NCBI GenBank assembly: GCA_002633005.1
Contig: NMRA01000470.1
Span: 268,219 to 332,218 of the forward strand
Direction of reading: 5' to 3'
DNA: 64,000 nucleotides
Origin: Phoronis australis
Lineage: Eukaryota; Animalia; Phoronida
Shown: positions 50,356-63,030 of the stretch, one piece after another
How positions within the stretch are numbered: position 1 is the stretch's first letter
Layout: the number at the start of each line of letters is the position of its first letter
Position numbers and translations under genes: made by a program
Notes under the pieces: generated by a model
The model's database searches: none
What the model was told of the DNA's origin: nothing
The model's input: only the letters and a program-made list of their open reading frames with translations

Positions 50356-51720
50356 CTGAATTGAAAATTCATCTGTGGTTTTAAAATATTTCCCTTTTCC
50401 AAGATATTTACAGAGTGAACATATTTGAAATATTAAAGCTGTATTTCAGTCCTGTTAAGCTGCCCACGTTGAATTCTTAACTGCAGCCCTTTGGGGTTCA
50501 AAAGCACAACATCCTCGACTCATGTTGAATTGTTGCCATCACTGGCAACGTGTACATGTCGTATTTTTGGATCGCAAGTTTAGGTTTGGCCAACCCAAGT
50601 AAACTGAAGTGTTGTTGATGGTTTCAATATTATTGTTGATAATAAAAATAGAATTCAATCATGGTAACAAATATGAATCCGGTTCTATGAGAGTAAAATG
50701 CCTAATTTTCATATTAGGCAGCTAATCTGGGTAAATGGATTTTTACTAATTATTAGAATTGTCAGTCACCAGTGGAGATGTATCAGTGATATGACAACAT
50801 ACGCCTTGTGACAAGCTGGTGACAGCGTTCTTGCATCATTCAATGCAATGGGAAATTTCCTGGCATTTTTTATAAATTGCGACCATTATATCGTCAAAAC
50901 TGTCGCTGTTGTAAGATTAGATATTCAAACGGTTCACTCAAAATTGTCCAAGGTCTCCGAGTGTTCTCAAATGAAATATGTTTGGTTGTGTCCCTGTCAA
51001 CTCTGCTGGTCTTGCACACCACAATTTGAAACTGAATATAGAGCAACAGGCACAACTATGCCCTCACTTCCAAATTTTTATTTAGATTATTTCTTATTCG
51101 AAGCAGACACGAGCTTTCTCACTTGAGCACAAACTCAGTTCCATGAAGCATCTAGTTTTAGTGAACTGATAGATGATAGCAACCACTTCAAGTTTGAAAT
51201 GTTCCACTCGCCAATTGTGACTTTGAGTCACATTCTGTGCTTTTCAAGGAACTTATCGACTGAAATTTAAGTTTTCCAATCTCTTGGTGAAATAAAAGTC
51301 ATGAAGGTTGGTAAGCAATCTAACAGTGGCGTGCCAGGGTAATTACTCGGGACATCATGCAAAATCAGATATGCAGATATCACTTTTGCACTCCCATTTC
51401 GTCTCTGGATCCACTATTGTCATGGCTAACAAGTGAGGATGAAATTGATATAAAGCTTATGAATTCTAAAGGTTTTTCACTCAACGCTTGTTACATGACA
51501 ATTTCCCCAGAAATCAAATGGGCAGCACAACACAAAACAGTCTCAACAGTTTGTTTGCAATTCGTGTTTTTGTTAATCCCTGAAAACCAGAAGCCACCCG
51601 TTCTAACACTGGTCAGAACAGTTGGGTGAAACCAATAAGCTGACCGCAACCTATGGGTGAGTGGCTAATCAAAAGTTTTTTGCAGTTAAATGAAGGATAA
51701 GGAAAGAATGTATCAGTATT

Positions 51721-51726
51721 TTTATT
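51721..51726 (-). terminator. Possible polyadenylation signal of COMMD10
   Basis: TTTATT on + (AATAAA on -) at the edge of the A-rich (+) region running from the COMMD10 stop; other candidates exist near 52207 and 53083. Confidence 0.3.
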
Positions 51727-52590
51727 TGACAATTTCCTTTAATCAGGTCGTTTTTACAGTTCATACAAAGATAGTATCTAAAGAATACATCAGAATTTTC
51801 ATTCGACAGTTTGATATTTACACTCATTCAAACAAGACGCAATATGTACACAACAATTTTAAGACGAGTGCCTACGTAAACAAAGACATGTTGATCAGAC
51901 GTTTCGGTTTATTACTTTAAACTGTTTTAAAGGCAACACTACACATACTCAAACAGGCGACACAAGTTGAAAACAAGCTGTGCAGGTACATGTCAAAATG
52001 CATTGTGAGATGAGACTAGAAATCAAAACGGAGCTCAAATTAACTCTTGCCTTGAAATTGGTTTAACGTAATAAACCGAAACCATGGATCAACATGTCTT
52101 CATTTACGCTCATCTTAATACTCGTGCTTCTGTTTTGGCCGAAAACAAATGAGATTATACAAAACAATTCATCTATTTAGCCCACAAGATGATGGAGGAC
52201 TGAATTTTTATTTTGTCAACTTTCTCAATAAAAATGAAGAAAAAAAATAGTCTGGTTTTATTAGCTTGGTATTGTAATATGTTCATGTAATAAAACAGCA
52301 AATGGTTATAACAAGTTTTCATCACTTGTAACAAGTTAATCAGGCTTTCAATACGAATATAACAATTTTGACAATTATTATAGTATGAAATAAAGGAAGA
52401 CTTCCCATAAGTCTTTCAATAAACCATTTAGTTGGCAATTTTCTTTGCTAATGACACAAGGAGTAGAACAACTGAATACTCAGATAGCACATTTAGCACC
52501 AGTCAAGCAACTAGTGCCAATTAAATAACAATGCCTCGAATGAATCGTCCCTAAATTGACAACAGAAACAAAAAATCAAAGCGTATTTAA

Positions 52591-53010
52591 AGCCTAACTT
52601 CAACAGAATTTCATGATAATTTTAGATGTATTGGGCTAATCAGATAGTCCTAGCAAAGCATTTAGTAGAATAAGAAAACGTGAGTTCAATCACGCAAATG
52701 TACGGTAGTCCGTCAAATGAAAGGTGAAGCTGCCTTTTCATGCCATGTTGCATCACCCCCAGATCCCAGCACAAACAACAAAAGGCCGATAACAGTTGTA
52801 TTGAATAGGAATCTGAATAGAACATTGTGTGTAGGTGTTATTCCAAGCTGTTTGAATTAAAAGGTGATTCTCACAGTGACCTAGACAAAAGCAAGCCAAT
52901 AGGAATACAGTTCCTTATAGTTGGCAATTTATGGCCCTAGTGGGTTCAGTGCGATACTCTGAACATACCCTAGGAACCAAATTTACAGGTGTTACTGTTC
53001 AAGATAGGCT
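52591..53010 (+). mobile_element. Kolobok-like MITE (~420 bp), second copy
   Basis: TTAA|AGCCTAAC...GATAGGCT|TTGA; colinear with 40730-41148. Confidence 0.7.
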
Positions 53011-54289
53011 TTGACTACTAGTATTAGAAGTAGAGTAACTTTTCACTTATTTAGCACACAACATGGCCTACAAGTGAAATTTTTATTTTGTCAAATTTCC
53101 CCACAAAAATAAAGATTAAGAAATTTTAGTCTATTACAATGATTAGGACTAAGTAGATGACAAAAGGAACTTTCAGTAAATTTTACATTATTTGAAGTAA
53201 AACATTCATCCTTTTAAAAATAGAAAAAAAATTGTCCAATTATTTTTGTGAATCAGCGTAACATCTATAATTTTGCTTTCACTCAGTACTTTTTTCTGAC
53301 AAGTTTCGTGACTCCATGACAGAGACGGACGTACTGCAACAGTCAATATTGTCAAATTTTGACTTCTAACAGCAACACCATATTTCACTTGACTTTTCTT
53401 CCTACAAGAAACTTCTGAAAAAATCAGTCAGTTGTATGACTTACCAACTGTCAAACCTCACGTTTTCAATATTATATTGTAACAGTTATTAAAATTATTA
53501 CAAAAACAATAAAACTCACACTAGTCTGATCCAACCAGGCAGCGAGACTTGAGCAAAATCCAACTAAACCGAAGAATCCATTGCACAACACATCTTAGCT
53601 AGTTAATAATACCTACTAAACTGTTCAGTGGTCATAATTTGCCGTCATTGGGTCAAAAGTACATGTATGTCTACTTGATGTCCTTTTCGTTATTTTAATT
53701 TTTTCAACAATTTTCCCAAACAATGCCAAAATTACACTCGAATGGTTTCTTGTGTGCAATCAGCAATGGAAAAGTAGAACACTGTGTGCTGTGCTGACCT
53801 TTAAATTCCCAAATGTATTTCCGACATCAGTGGGCTAGTATTACTAGACCAATCATTCACTCACGGGGATTTACCGCACAAGTCAGTCTATTTACACGCG
53901 AGTGAAAATGTCATAACAATTGAATAATTTCCATGCTCCTAATGAAAATTGTAATAAAGAGCTGTCAATTAAAGTCAAACTCAAATAATTTTGTAAGAGA
54001 TTTATAACCTGATCCTGACTTAAGCAAGGTAGAAACGTAGAAACAAGAATTCATGATGAACCATCTTCACATTTTCTCCGAGTTTGCAAAAATCGACCTT
54101 AAGAACTCTCACTTAAACGTACAGCTTTATTAGAGAGTGAATGCAAGAGCAATTATGCCACGAGTCTTTATCCATGTTGAGCGAAAACCCAGCTTTACGC
54201 GTCCGACTCATGTGAGTTTTGATGCATTTAAAGAAGACGGAGAACAGGAAGTGTCTGGAGTCCCATGAAAGTACACTCAGCTCCGAACA

Positions 54290-54328
54290 CTAACTCATGG
54301 AATCCACTTGTGATTGAATTCGCTCCAA
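54290..54328 (-). CDS. COMMD10: COMMD10 last coding exon
   Basis: GTTTCAG|LERIQSQVDSMS-TAG. Confidence 0.92.
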   Translation of the reverse strand: MERIQSQVDSMS

Positions 54329-57300
54329 CTGAAACATGATGCAACAAAATGTGTCTTAGTAAAAATGTTAAATTACCTTATAACACACAACAATGAATGA
54401 GTCTATAAAATACATCATTGGATGGCGGTGAGATGGAACTGACGTCAAAGAAGCGAAACAGAAATATGAACATGAATGAAAACATTCCATTGAAGTTTTG
54501 GCCAGAAAGAATTACCAGGGTCCTTGATGTGTCAATATTGCAATGAACAACAGCCTCATTACCCACTGAAAAACATTTTTAAAAAATCCCACACAGAATT
54601 CCCCTTCCCAGGACTAAAAATACCCCGCGAATTGTACAAATTCCTCTCGGGGTTAGAGTCACTTCAACTCATGCAGAACATGGGATCAGGTTTTATTAAC
54701 TGAAGAAAAATTCATAATTCACAGTCATGCTTGCTGTAGGAAACAGGACCTCGTTTTATGAGTTTATTGCAAGTGTAGGGATGATCACAAAGTATTTATC
54801 AAACAAAGTCATTCATGCGATACCTTGGTACACCACTTGACACCCCTACTACTTAGGACAGCCCAATTCCAAGAGAAAACAAGAACTGATGTGTGGTGTA
54901 CTCTAACCAGTGCAAGGCAACACTTTCAGAACAGCAGAAAGATACAACAACTTATCACAGTGAGCGAACAGAAGTGGCAACTTCGCGGAGTGGTGGAATT
55001 CCTGATGACCGGGAGAGGGGGTTCTCCTCATTCAAAAAATTGCCTTTATCAAAAGGTATAAGCTGGCTGATTTTACATGAAAAACTGAGGAATTGGTATA
55101 CTGGATAAAAAACAGATACAGAAATTAGTGCAACTTGCTAACAACAAAGTTTCCACTCATTATATACTGTATGTGCAACCTTGTGAGTAATGTTAATCGA
55201 GCGACACCACATGTGTTTAGGGAAAGTTAGACTGAATTGTCCATCCATTCAAACTACTATTTTCCTAATCACTCACCTGATTATAGAACTCATAAAGCTC
55301 ATCATGAGTAAATTCTAATTGTAACTTTTCTTTTTCCTGCAATGATAGATCAAACAATTACGTAAAGAGTAATTTACATATAATAAGAACTGAGACCAAA
55401 AGCAGACACTAGTCAGCATGACGCTGCACAGCCAAATCCATCTGGAAGTTGTGCTGCCGACAGGAAGAATATAATTTCAAACATCAACAAAATATTCCAA
55501 AATAAGAACATACCCATATCCCTGAAAAGAAAAGTATTTGTCCAGTGCATCATCCCCACAATCACATATGGATGCCAAACATGGACCTTAACAAAACAGA
55601 CAAATGCCAAGCTCAGAACAACGCAGAGAGCAATGGAGAGAAATATACACACACAGATAAGGGAACAAGCAGGAGTCATGGACATAATCAATACAATTCT
55701 GAAATTGAAATGGAGGTGGGGCGGACACGTCACCAGAACACAGGACAACAGATGGACAAGAAGATGCACAGAGTGGCAACCCAGATATGAAAGAGATCAA
55801 GAGGACAGCCCCAAGTCAGATGGAGAGATGACATCGTAAGATGAGAGGCACAACTTGGATGAGAGCGGCAACAGACAAAACAAATTGGAAGGCATTGTCG
55901 GAGGACTACATCCTGCAGTGGATGGACAATGCCTAGAGTCAGAGTCAGTCAGAGAGCAAAAGAGAAAAAGACACGGCCCCTCAGCTTAGGTCAACGACTG
56001 GGTGCATAAGTGATATCAATACAAATATCCCTCATACAGTCCAGTCTGTTGTGAAATGTTCTGGTGATCTTTCGTTATAGCTCAATTAAAGCCCATTGGA
56101 GCTGTTTTCATCAATGGGTGTCAAAAGATTTACTGGAGCCACCCCCCACTACTGTGGGACTGCTAAGTAGACAACACCTTCATCAAGATCCAGAAATACC
56201 AGCCTACCTGAATTTCTATATCACATCAACTTTGTGGGCCTCACAACAAGTTTACCATAGAGCACTCATCGGGAGACAAACTTATATTTCTTGACACGTG
56301 CATAATTATACATCAAAAAGAAAGGCAGTGTGAAGGTCATTATCTACCGGAAACCTACCCACACAAAGCTGTACCTGAATTTCTGCTCAAACCATCATCT
56401 CTAACAAAAAAGAGCACTCGTGACAATGATTACTCCAACTGAATGTTCGATTCCAGACCCATTACGTCTAAGAAGGCCAAGTCAACGTATCCCATCTGTG
56501 TGTTCGTGGTCTCTCGGAAAAACTGTCAAACATCTTAAGAGAACACCAGGTGGGAACTTAACACAAACCAGTCAACACCCTCTTGTGTGCCTTGCTCCAC
56601 CCAAAAGACGAGTCAGACAACAAAAAGTGCACAGTGACATACATGATTAAATGCCCTGACTGTCCAAATATGTTGGTGAGACAGCTTAGAATCTAGGTGC
56701 CAGACTAAAAGAACACTTCAACGCATCATCTGTCAACCATACAGTCATAGGAGAACACCGTACAGTACGGACGCATCACATAACATTCGCAAACCTGCAG
56801 TCAAAACACTATCTAAAGAAAACGAATATTGGAATCCAAAAGATGAGCAATAACCAAAATTGAACAGACAGTGGATTTGAATTACAAGCTATTTACCAGC
56901 ACCTCCTGATAAGTAACAGCCACCAGGTGGACCACCCACTGATGACCATGTGTCACGAAGATTCCCACCAGTATCTCGACGAAGGACCCAGGAAGGGGTA
57001 GAGAGCTAGGTCCGTAAAACAAACAGGTTGCCGATAGGTAACTACTCTATCCCCTATACCGTGTAACAATCCCTGCTATGATCGTTCATTCTGCCCCAAT
57101 TATGTTGCAATGAGAAGCATAATATGGCAAGATTATACAAAAGTTTTAGGTTGTAAGTCACATTTCTGGTGTCATTTTCAAAACTAAAAAACCTAGTCAC
57201 ATGTGCTTTTCACAAACTATTCAAATATGCCATTTAAAAACTTTCAAAACGAAAATTTGAAAATACTATTGTCGCCCCCCCATGTGTTTATGATGGGTCT

Positions 57301-60300
57301 GCTTATCTACAGAATGATAACATCAGCAGTCTGAGACGATGTAATTAACTACAACAGCATGGTGTCTTTGATCAGTGCCGGCAAATTTTGAGGTACACAA
57401 CCCAATCTTGACCAGTGACCATGTCAAAGCAGGATTCTTTTCATGAATATGAAAAGCAAGATAACTAATCTTAAATGAGCCACAATTTTGATTTTTGGTC
57501 ACAGCACCAATTCATTGTTCATTGTCTCAATTCATTTTGGTTCTAAATCTCACCGCATCATTGTTTATTCCTAATTCAAATGTAGCGTTGGGCGTTTTCA
57601 TCTTGGTGCGGGTTGCCTGAGCCATTTGAAGAGATAGCCTCCATTTGACATCTTCTAACTGAAATTAAAGAAAACACGTGCATCAGTACTTCAGTGTATA
57701 GATCGCAGGAATTTTAGCATGTAGGAATTGAACCATTCAATTCAAACACAAACTTCCTTCCAAGTACTCCAAAATCATGCTAAAAGCAATGGCTTATTAC
57801 CCAAAAAACAATTAAGCAATATGTAAATTGGCAATTTTCATGATTTCAATGTTGTACACTGACAGAACTACAATTGGCTCATATCTAAAGTCTGCTTTAA
57901 CGAGCACAAGCTTTCAGCAAATTCACAACAGTGCCCTCTGTTACACATATGAGAAAATATTTTCTCCACTGGCCAGCTTATTGATGTTACGCCAACAAAA
58001 ACACATCAACTACTTCCACAAGGAGCTGGTAGAGGTGATAGATGAACAATTTTGTATGTTAGCGTTAGGTCACAGTTTGGGCAACAAGTTTCAAAAGACA
58101 ACGATGCCTGAAAGGTTCTACATCTTTTGACTTCAAATTTTTGTAAGTCAAAATAGTGACCTGGAATTTTGTTTTTTGTTTAAGGCTGTCTTGAAAATGC
58201 CAACTGCACTGTAAATAGTTTACGTGTACATTAAAAATTGTACGTACAGTTTATGAATATGCTATCGAAAGGGGGCCATGTGACCATGCAGCCAGAACAT
58301 CTGCAGAGCAAGGAGTGGCCAGCCACCCAGCACAGTTTATACATGAACTGCCCACAACCAACGCTTGTCCATCCTCAAGATGTCTGGCCACCATCCATCC
58401 AACCAGCCACCCCGAACAGTTTATACATCAACCGTCCAGAACCAATGCCTGGCCATGACTCATCCAACAAAACATTTGTGAACTATAGATATGTAACTGG
58501 TACTGGCAACAAGAAGGAGACTTATAGAAGCTGCAGGTAAGATTTCAGTGTTACGGGTGTTAGAATGAAGATTTGAGTTGCAAGAAGTTTTTATTGGAAG
58601 ACGCAAACATATTGATGCCGTCATTCAATCCTTCACTCATAGTCTGTCCTCAATAATGACACTCTCTACGAGACTATAACCTTCCAGGCTCAAATCAAAG
58701 CAACACTGCCAACAACCATATGAACAGCAAATAAGCTATAAAGACACATTCATGGGTAATGGTCGGATAATACGTGCCCAAATTTGAGAACCAGTTTTCT
58801 TCATTGAATAACGGGGATCAAACTGGTTCTCAAACTACCGGCATGTTATATCAGACTATTGTCCATTTATGTACTAAATAGGTCATGAGATCACACAAAA
58901 GGTGATTGGTTCTAGGAGCTTCATTTAGCACTCAGGTTAGCCAACAACACAGCAAAGTCAGCACTATGTGATGCTCACCAAGCTGCACACAGAAAAATCA
59001 ACAACTAACAATTACAGTAACTATCTTACAAGTGAAATGTTTGTTTTATTTTATTTGTTAAAAGCAAGACCAATATCAATGTGGAAGTCAAGCTCTCAAA
59101 TAGAACTTTGAGGAAACTTTGGATTTGTGTAGCCAGCATGCCTCCTACCTGCTTCTGTGCAAACGACCTTTGCCTCAGTTTGTCTACAACCTCCTTGGCA
59201 GCACCACTCCACGCTTCACAGATCACTCTGATCTTGTCTTCTTCCACCTCAATGTTCTTCAACTGCTGGGCAAGTACTGCAGGTTTGGCGATGTGATATG
59301 CTGACTGAAGCCACAGAGAGGAGGGGGGATATACAAGCACTTTAATTTTTACAGCTTGTGGGCACATTTGGCTGCAAGTGCCGGTATCTAAAATGATGCC
59401 TTTTTTCAAAAGATATGTTTGATCAAGCAATAGCAAATGCCTAATGTCTAAGGTTCACTTACAGGCACAGCCACATGATTTGACCTGAATGCTTTTGGGT
59501 ATGTCAATTCTTAGTAATTTTCAATTAATTAGTACCTTAAATTGAAAGTATCCTATCATGCACCATTTTGTGAAGACCTAGCCAACTTTAGTCACATGCC
59601 ATTTTAAAAATCTGCTTTTTAGTTCAAACAAATGTTTTGCATCCAAGTACAGGTGTCAAAATTTGGACAATTGAGCAGTTTTGCATAAAAGCACCAGGGC
59701 CTAAATGAACAACTGTAGTGAACACAACTGTATGGTGAACCCTTCATCACTAATAATGCAACAAGGCTTGGATGGTTGCTGAGGGCAACCATAAGTGAGG
59801 CGAAAAATTAACACACAAAGCTGTTTTATGATCAAAAATGTCAAAATTTAGATTTGACTAGGCAGATTTTAAATTTTTACTCGTGCTATAAGATTGATTT
59901 ACGACATTAGTTACAAAAATACTTTTTAGTGAAACAAATCATCGCTTGGTGATGTCATATGGTGGATGTTTACTACAACGGATTTCTGAAAGATCTCGTA
60001 TCAAGACACAGCCAACCATGAGAACCCTTCAAGTAATATCAAGGTCATCCTCTGTGTATGAATTAAAATGATCATTGAAATATTTCAAACATATCACTTG
60101 TCATTTGAGTCATCAGCAGACGTCTCTTATAGTAGCCAAACACACCAAAAGTGACCTTTCCCTCTTACAGTGTAAACTTCAACCCAAGGCTAAAAAGGAC
60201 TTTATGGTAATCAGTACATTTTCACAAAGTGCCCAATACTTTTTGGAAAGAACCTTCCGGGTCTCTTTTTGTACGCAAACTATCTGTCGGAAAAATGGAC

Positions 60301-62129
60301 AATTATGGAAGAGCATGACAGAGTGAAACCTCTTGATAAGTTCTGATCCAGCCATGACAAGTGAATGATAGTACAACATTATGGCAAAGGTTTTTGAGAC
60401 TGATGGCACAAACTTCATCAAATGAAAAATGTTCAGTGATTTCAAAAGTCAATTCATGACATCAATAATTTGTTCACTACATGAAATGACGAAGCCTCCT
60501 GCATAGCAGATGGTGATATTTACCGTCATTTGAAACAAAACAATGTGTCCAAAACGATGTTAATAAATTTTAACAAAATTTGTTTGTGTTACCTGTTGCA
60601 GAAAAAATTCACACGTTTCTATCACAAGATTGAGGTCATGATCCTGAAGCTCCAAGACAGACTGTAACTTTTCTTCTTCTTCCTCTGAAAATGCTCTCTC
60701 TTCCTGTAGGAACATGTATCATGTCGTAATTTCCCACAAACTTTTTGCCAAAATTGTCATTTTTCCATTTTTAAAAGGCTGATTACTTTGCTCCAAATGA
60801 TGAAAAATTTCCTGTAAGTTGTTTTATGACCTCTACACAGTACAAACCATGCTAGTCACACACTAAAATCTTCTTGATCTTTTTTATATTACTGTACTTA
60901 GGTAGCATTTTTTTGAGACACAAAATCCATTGAACACACTTTTCATTATTGATGATCTTTCTTCCATTGCTCTCATATCGGGTTGTGTGTTCAACGTTCA
61001 TGTTTGTGAAGAAATTTGACAAAATAAATTTTCATTCGCTTGCCAAATTGTCTGCTAAGGAAATGAAGAAATGTACTATACACGTCTCAAAATTAATTTG
61101 TGAGAAATGTGACATGTTGAGAATAACTAGGAAGGGAACGAACTGAAATTGTTCATATCATCCATAGTTTATGGTTAATGAAGTAATAGAAAGTCAACAA
61201 TACAAGATAATCCTAGACACACTTTGGGCACATGTTAGTATAGGAAAATAAACACAAAGTAACTTGTTTGGCCAGGGGATTACACGTCAAGAATACACAA
61301 GGCATTCTACCAGGAGAGCAGCAGCAGCATGGATTGATTTTGTTTGAGCACGCACTCTAACTACTGTCTAAATTTTTCGTCAAAAACCAGCTCGTTGATG
61401 ACTTATGTGCAGACAACTCACCAGTGTCACCTGCTTTTCCCACACAGAGGTGGATCTGTGTGGGATATTGAGCCTAAAAGGGGGGTTAAATGGCCGGTAA
61501 CGAACTCAATGTATCTCTAATCTTCCGATGAACAAAAAAGGCACAAAGCCAGTCTTGGTGCACATTTTCATTTACAGTTCTTCAGTTCTTCAATTTTGGT
61601 CTCCCAATTTTTCATTACCCGTTGCTGCTAACAACAAGCCGTTTCTGAGACCCAGTAAATTTGCACTCCCAACCCCTCGCCTCTGTACGTGGTTTCCTTG
61701 TTTTAGCAACCTCATTTCCCACATTTGGCGAGTTGACGTTATGCCAAGCGTCGAGCCCTAAACTGAAACACACCTTCTGTGGAACAACATTTTTCTAAGG
61801 CATGTTGTCCAATCAAGCATTGTATTTATAGTCCCTAAGCCTTGATCCTTATTATTCAACAAGACTTAGCACAACTATACGGTATCTACTCTACTGGCAC
61901 TAATAAATGTTTTGATATGCAGTATTCACTTCAGGTCTGTGAACATGCTAAAAACCAACATTTTGTCTTAAAAAATCTTAGATTGCTGCAAACTCTTGAC
62001 CCATTGGCCAGTATATCCAGTCAGAAGAACACATTTACCTTTAAATGCAGCTTCCCCACAATGCGAGACAGCAGTAATGGGAATTTGTTGACATCCAACT
62101 CATTTATCAGATGAACAGCTTTGGCAATT
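54290..62129 (-). CDS. COMMD10: COMM domain-containing protein 10, 5'-partial spliced model (first exon not located)
   Basis: complement join(62129-62039,60703-60593,59304-59149,57658-57554,55336-55277,54328-54290), all GT-AG and in phase: [44 protein letters not shown]...-SAYHIAKPAVLAQQL...-LEDVKWRLSLQMAQ...-EKEKLQLEFTHDELYEFYNQ-LERIQSQVDSMS*, colinear with the COMMD10 sequence as I know it. Confidence 0.93.
55277..55336 (-). CDS. COMMD10: COMMD10 exon 6
   Basis: TTGCAG|...|GTGAGT; EKEKLQLEFTHDELYEFYNQ. Confidence 0.92.
55470..55955 (+). mobile_element. 5'-truncated RTE-clade LINE remnant
   Basis: IPISLKRKVFVQCIIPTITYGCQTWTL...LRTTQRAMER / LKWRWGGHVTRTQDNRW / WKALSEDYILQWMDNA-stop, followed by AGAGTC tandem tail; frameshifted. 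Confidence 0.88.
56090..57020 (+). mobile_element. Decayed Penelope-like retroelement (RT plus GIY-YIG remnant)
   Basis: PPLLWDC*VDNTF (decayed WxRYVDDTF), FLDT, IYRKPTHTKLYLNFCSNHH, then YMIKCPDCP / YVGETA*NLGARLKEH GIY-YIG motif; stops and frameshifts throughout. Confidence 0.85.
57554..57658 (-). CDS. COMMD10: COMMD10 exon 5 (COMM domain start)
   Basis: TTTCAG|...|GTGAGA; LEDVKWRLSLQMAQATRTKMKTPNATFELGINNDA. Confidence 0.93.
58317..58465 (+). repeat. Diverged ~85-bp tandem duplication in a COMMD10 intron
   Basis: CCAGCCACCC..ACAGTTTATACAT.AAC...ACCAA.GC.TG.CCAT.CTC occurs twice. Confidence 0.7.
59149..59304 (-). CDS. COMMD10: COMMD10 exon 4
   Basis: CTTCAG|...|GTAGGA; SAYHIAKPAVLAQQLKNIEVEEDKIRVICEAWSGAAKEVVDKLRQRSFAQKQ. 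Confidence 0.93.
60593..60703 (-). CDS. COMMD10: COMMD10 exon 3
   Basis: CCTACAG|...|[43 protein letters not shown]. Confidence 0.93.
62039..62129 (-). CDS. COMMD10: COMMD10 exon 2
   Basis: CTTTCAG|A ATT GCC AAA...TTA [39 protein letters not shown]. Confidence 0.92.
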
Positions 62130-62885
62130 CTGAAAGAAATAGAATCTTCATACTATATTGGACGGTAGTACAGTAACATCCACACGATAAAGGAAAGCGA
62201 GTCCAAGCTTATGTAGGACCATATCGACAAGTCTACGTATTTAGTCAAATATCAACAAAGCTATAGATTTTAACTCTTTCTGAAAATAGAAAGCCATTAG
62301 AATTTGATCTTTAATTTTATAACAACCTCCCATTACTTGGGTCACGTGTCTTTTTAAGGCACATTCGCTGCTACAGTAACAACACGACCAAATTTCCTAC
62401 GATATACCCAGTAAATGTTTAAGATGAAATATCAGAAACGCTGTATAACGGACATTAAAAACATCAAAGAGATTACAGTCCTGCACAGATACAAATCATT
62501 TCCATGTAGGCCTATCCCCAGCACACCCATTGGTAAATATTCTACACTCCTTCACTCCTTCGTGAATGCAAAGGTGTGGTAAAAAAGTTCTAGTTTGCTT
62601 GACCGCCGGTACCGGACGGCTAGCAAGGATTTTTTTGAATCCTTCTATTATATAGTAATAGTATCCCTACACGTAGATGCCATAATATGTACTTCATCAC
62701 ACCTCAGTGTCGCACCATATACCTGCAAAATTCCTTCTTCCTCTCCACAACAGTCTCCAGGAACAACTTACCTGCCCAAATCATTGGTGCTGGCTCTCTG
62801 GATCACTTGCAGTGAGCCTCCCTCTCATATTAATCATCATTGCAGTTCATGCACATTGCACTCCACTCTCACACTACACTCTTGT

Positions 62886-63030
62886 CAGGGCTCAACATAA
62901 TGAGAAGCAGGTCGCATTTGCGACCTGAAATTTACTAATGCGAGCTGAGATTTTTGCTAGCTCGTATCAAGTCGCAAAATGCGGCCTAAAATTTCCAACA
63001 TATGCGAGCTGAGTTTTTACACTTCTCGGC
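62886..63030 (+). mobile_element. Probable left end of a hAT-like element
   Basis: CAGGGCTC terminus followed by repeated GTCGCA/TGCGAG subterminal motifs; the right end was not identified. Confidence 0.4.

Noticed and set aside
61400-61520. tRNA or tRNA-derived SINE
   Set aside because: Only a weak B-box-like GTTCG and a CCCACACAGA/TCTGTGTGGG hairpin; no cloverleaf or A-box could be built.
62772-62830. Minus-strand donor CAG|GTAAGT as COMMD10 exon 1
   Set aside because: The frame needed for exon 2 has an upstream stop and no ATG, and the peptide does not resemble the COMMD10 N-terminus.
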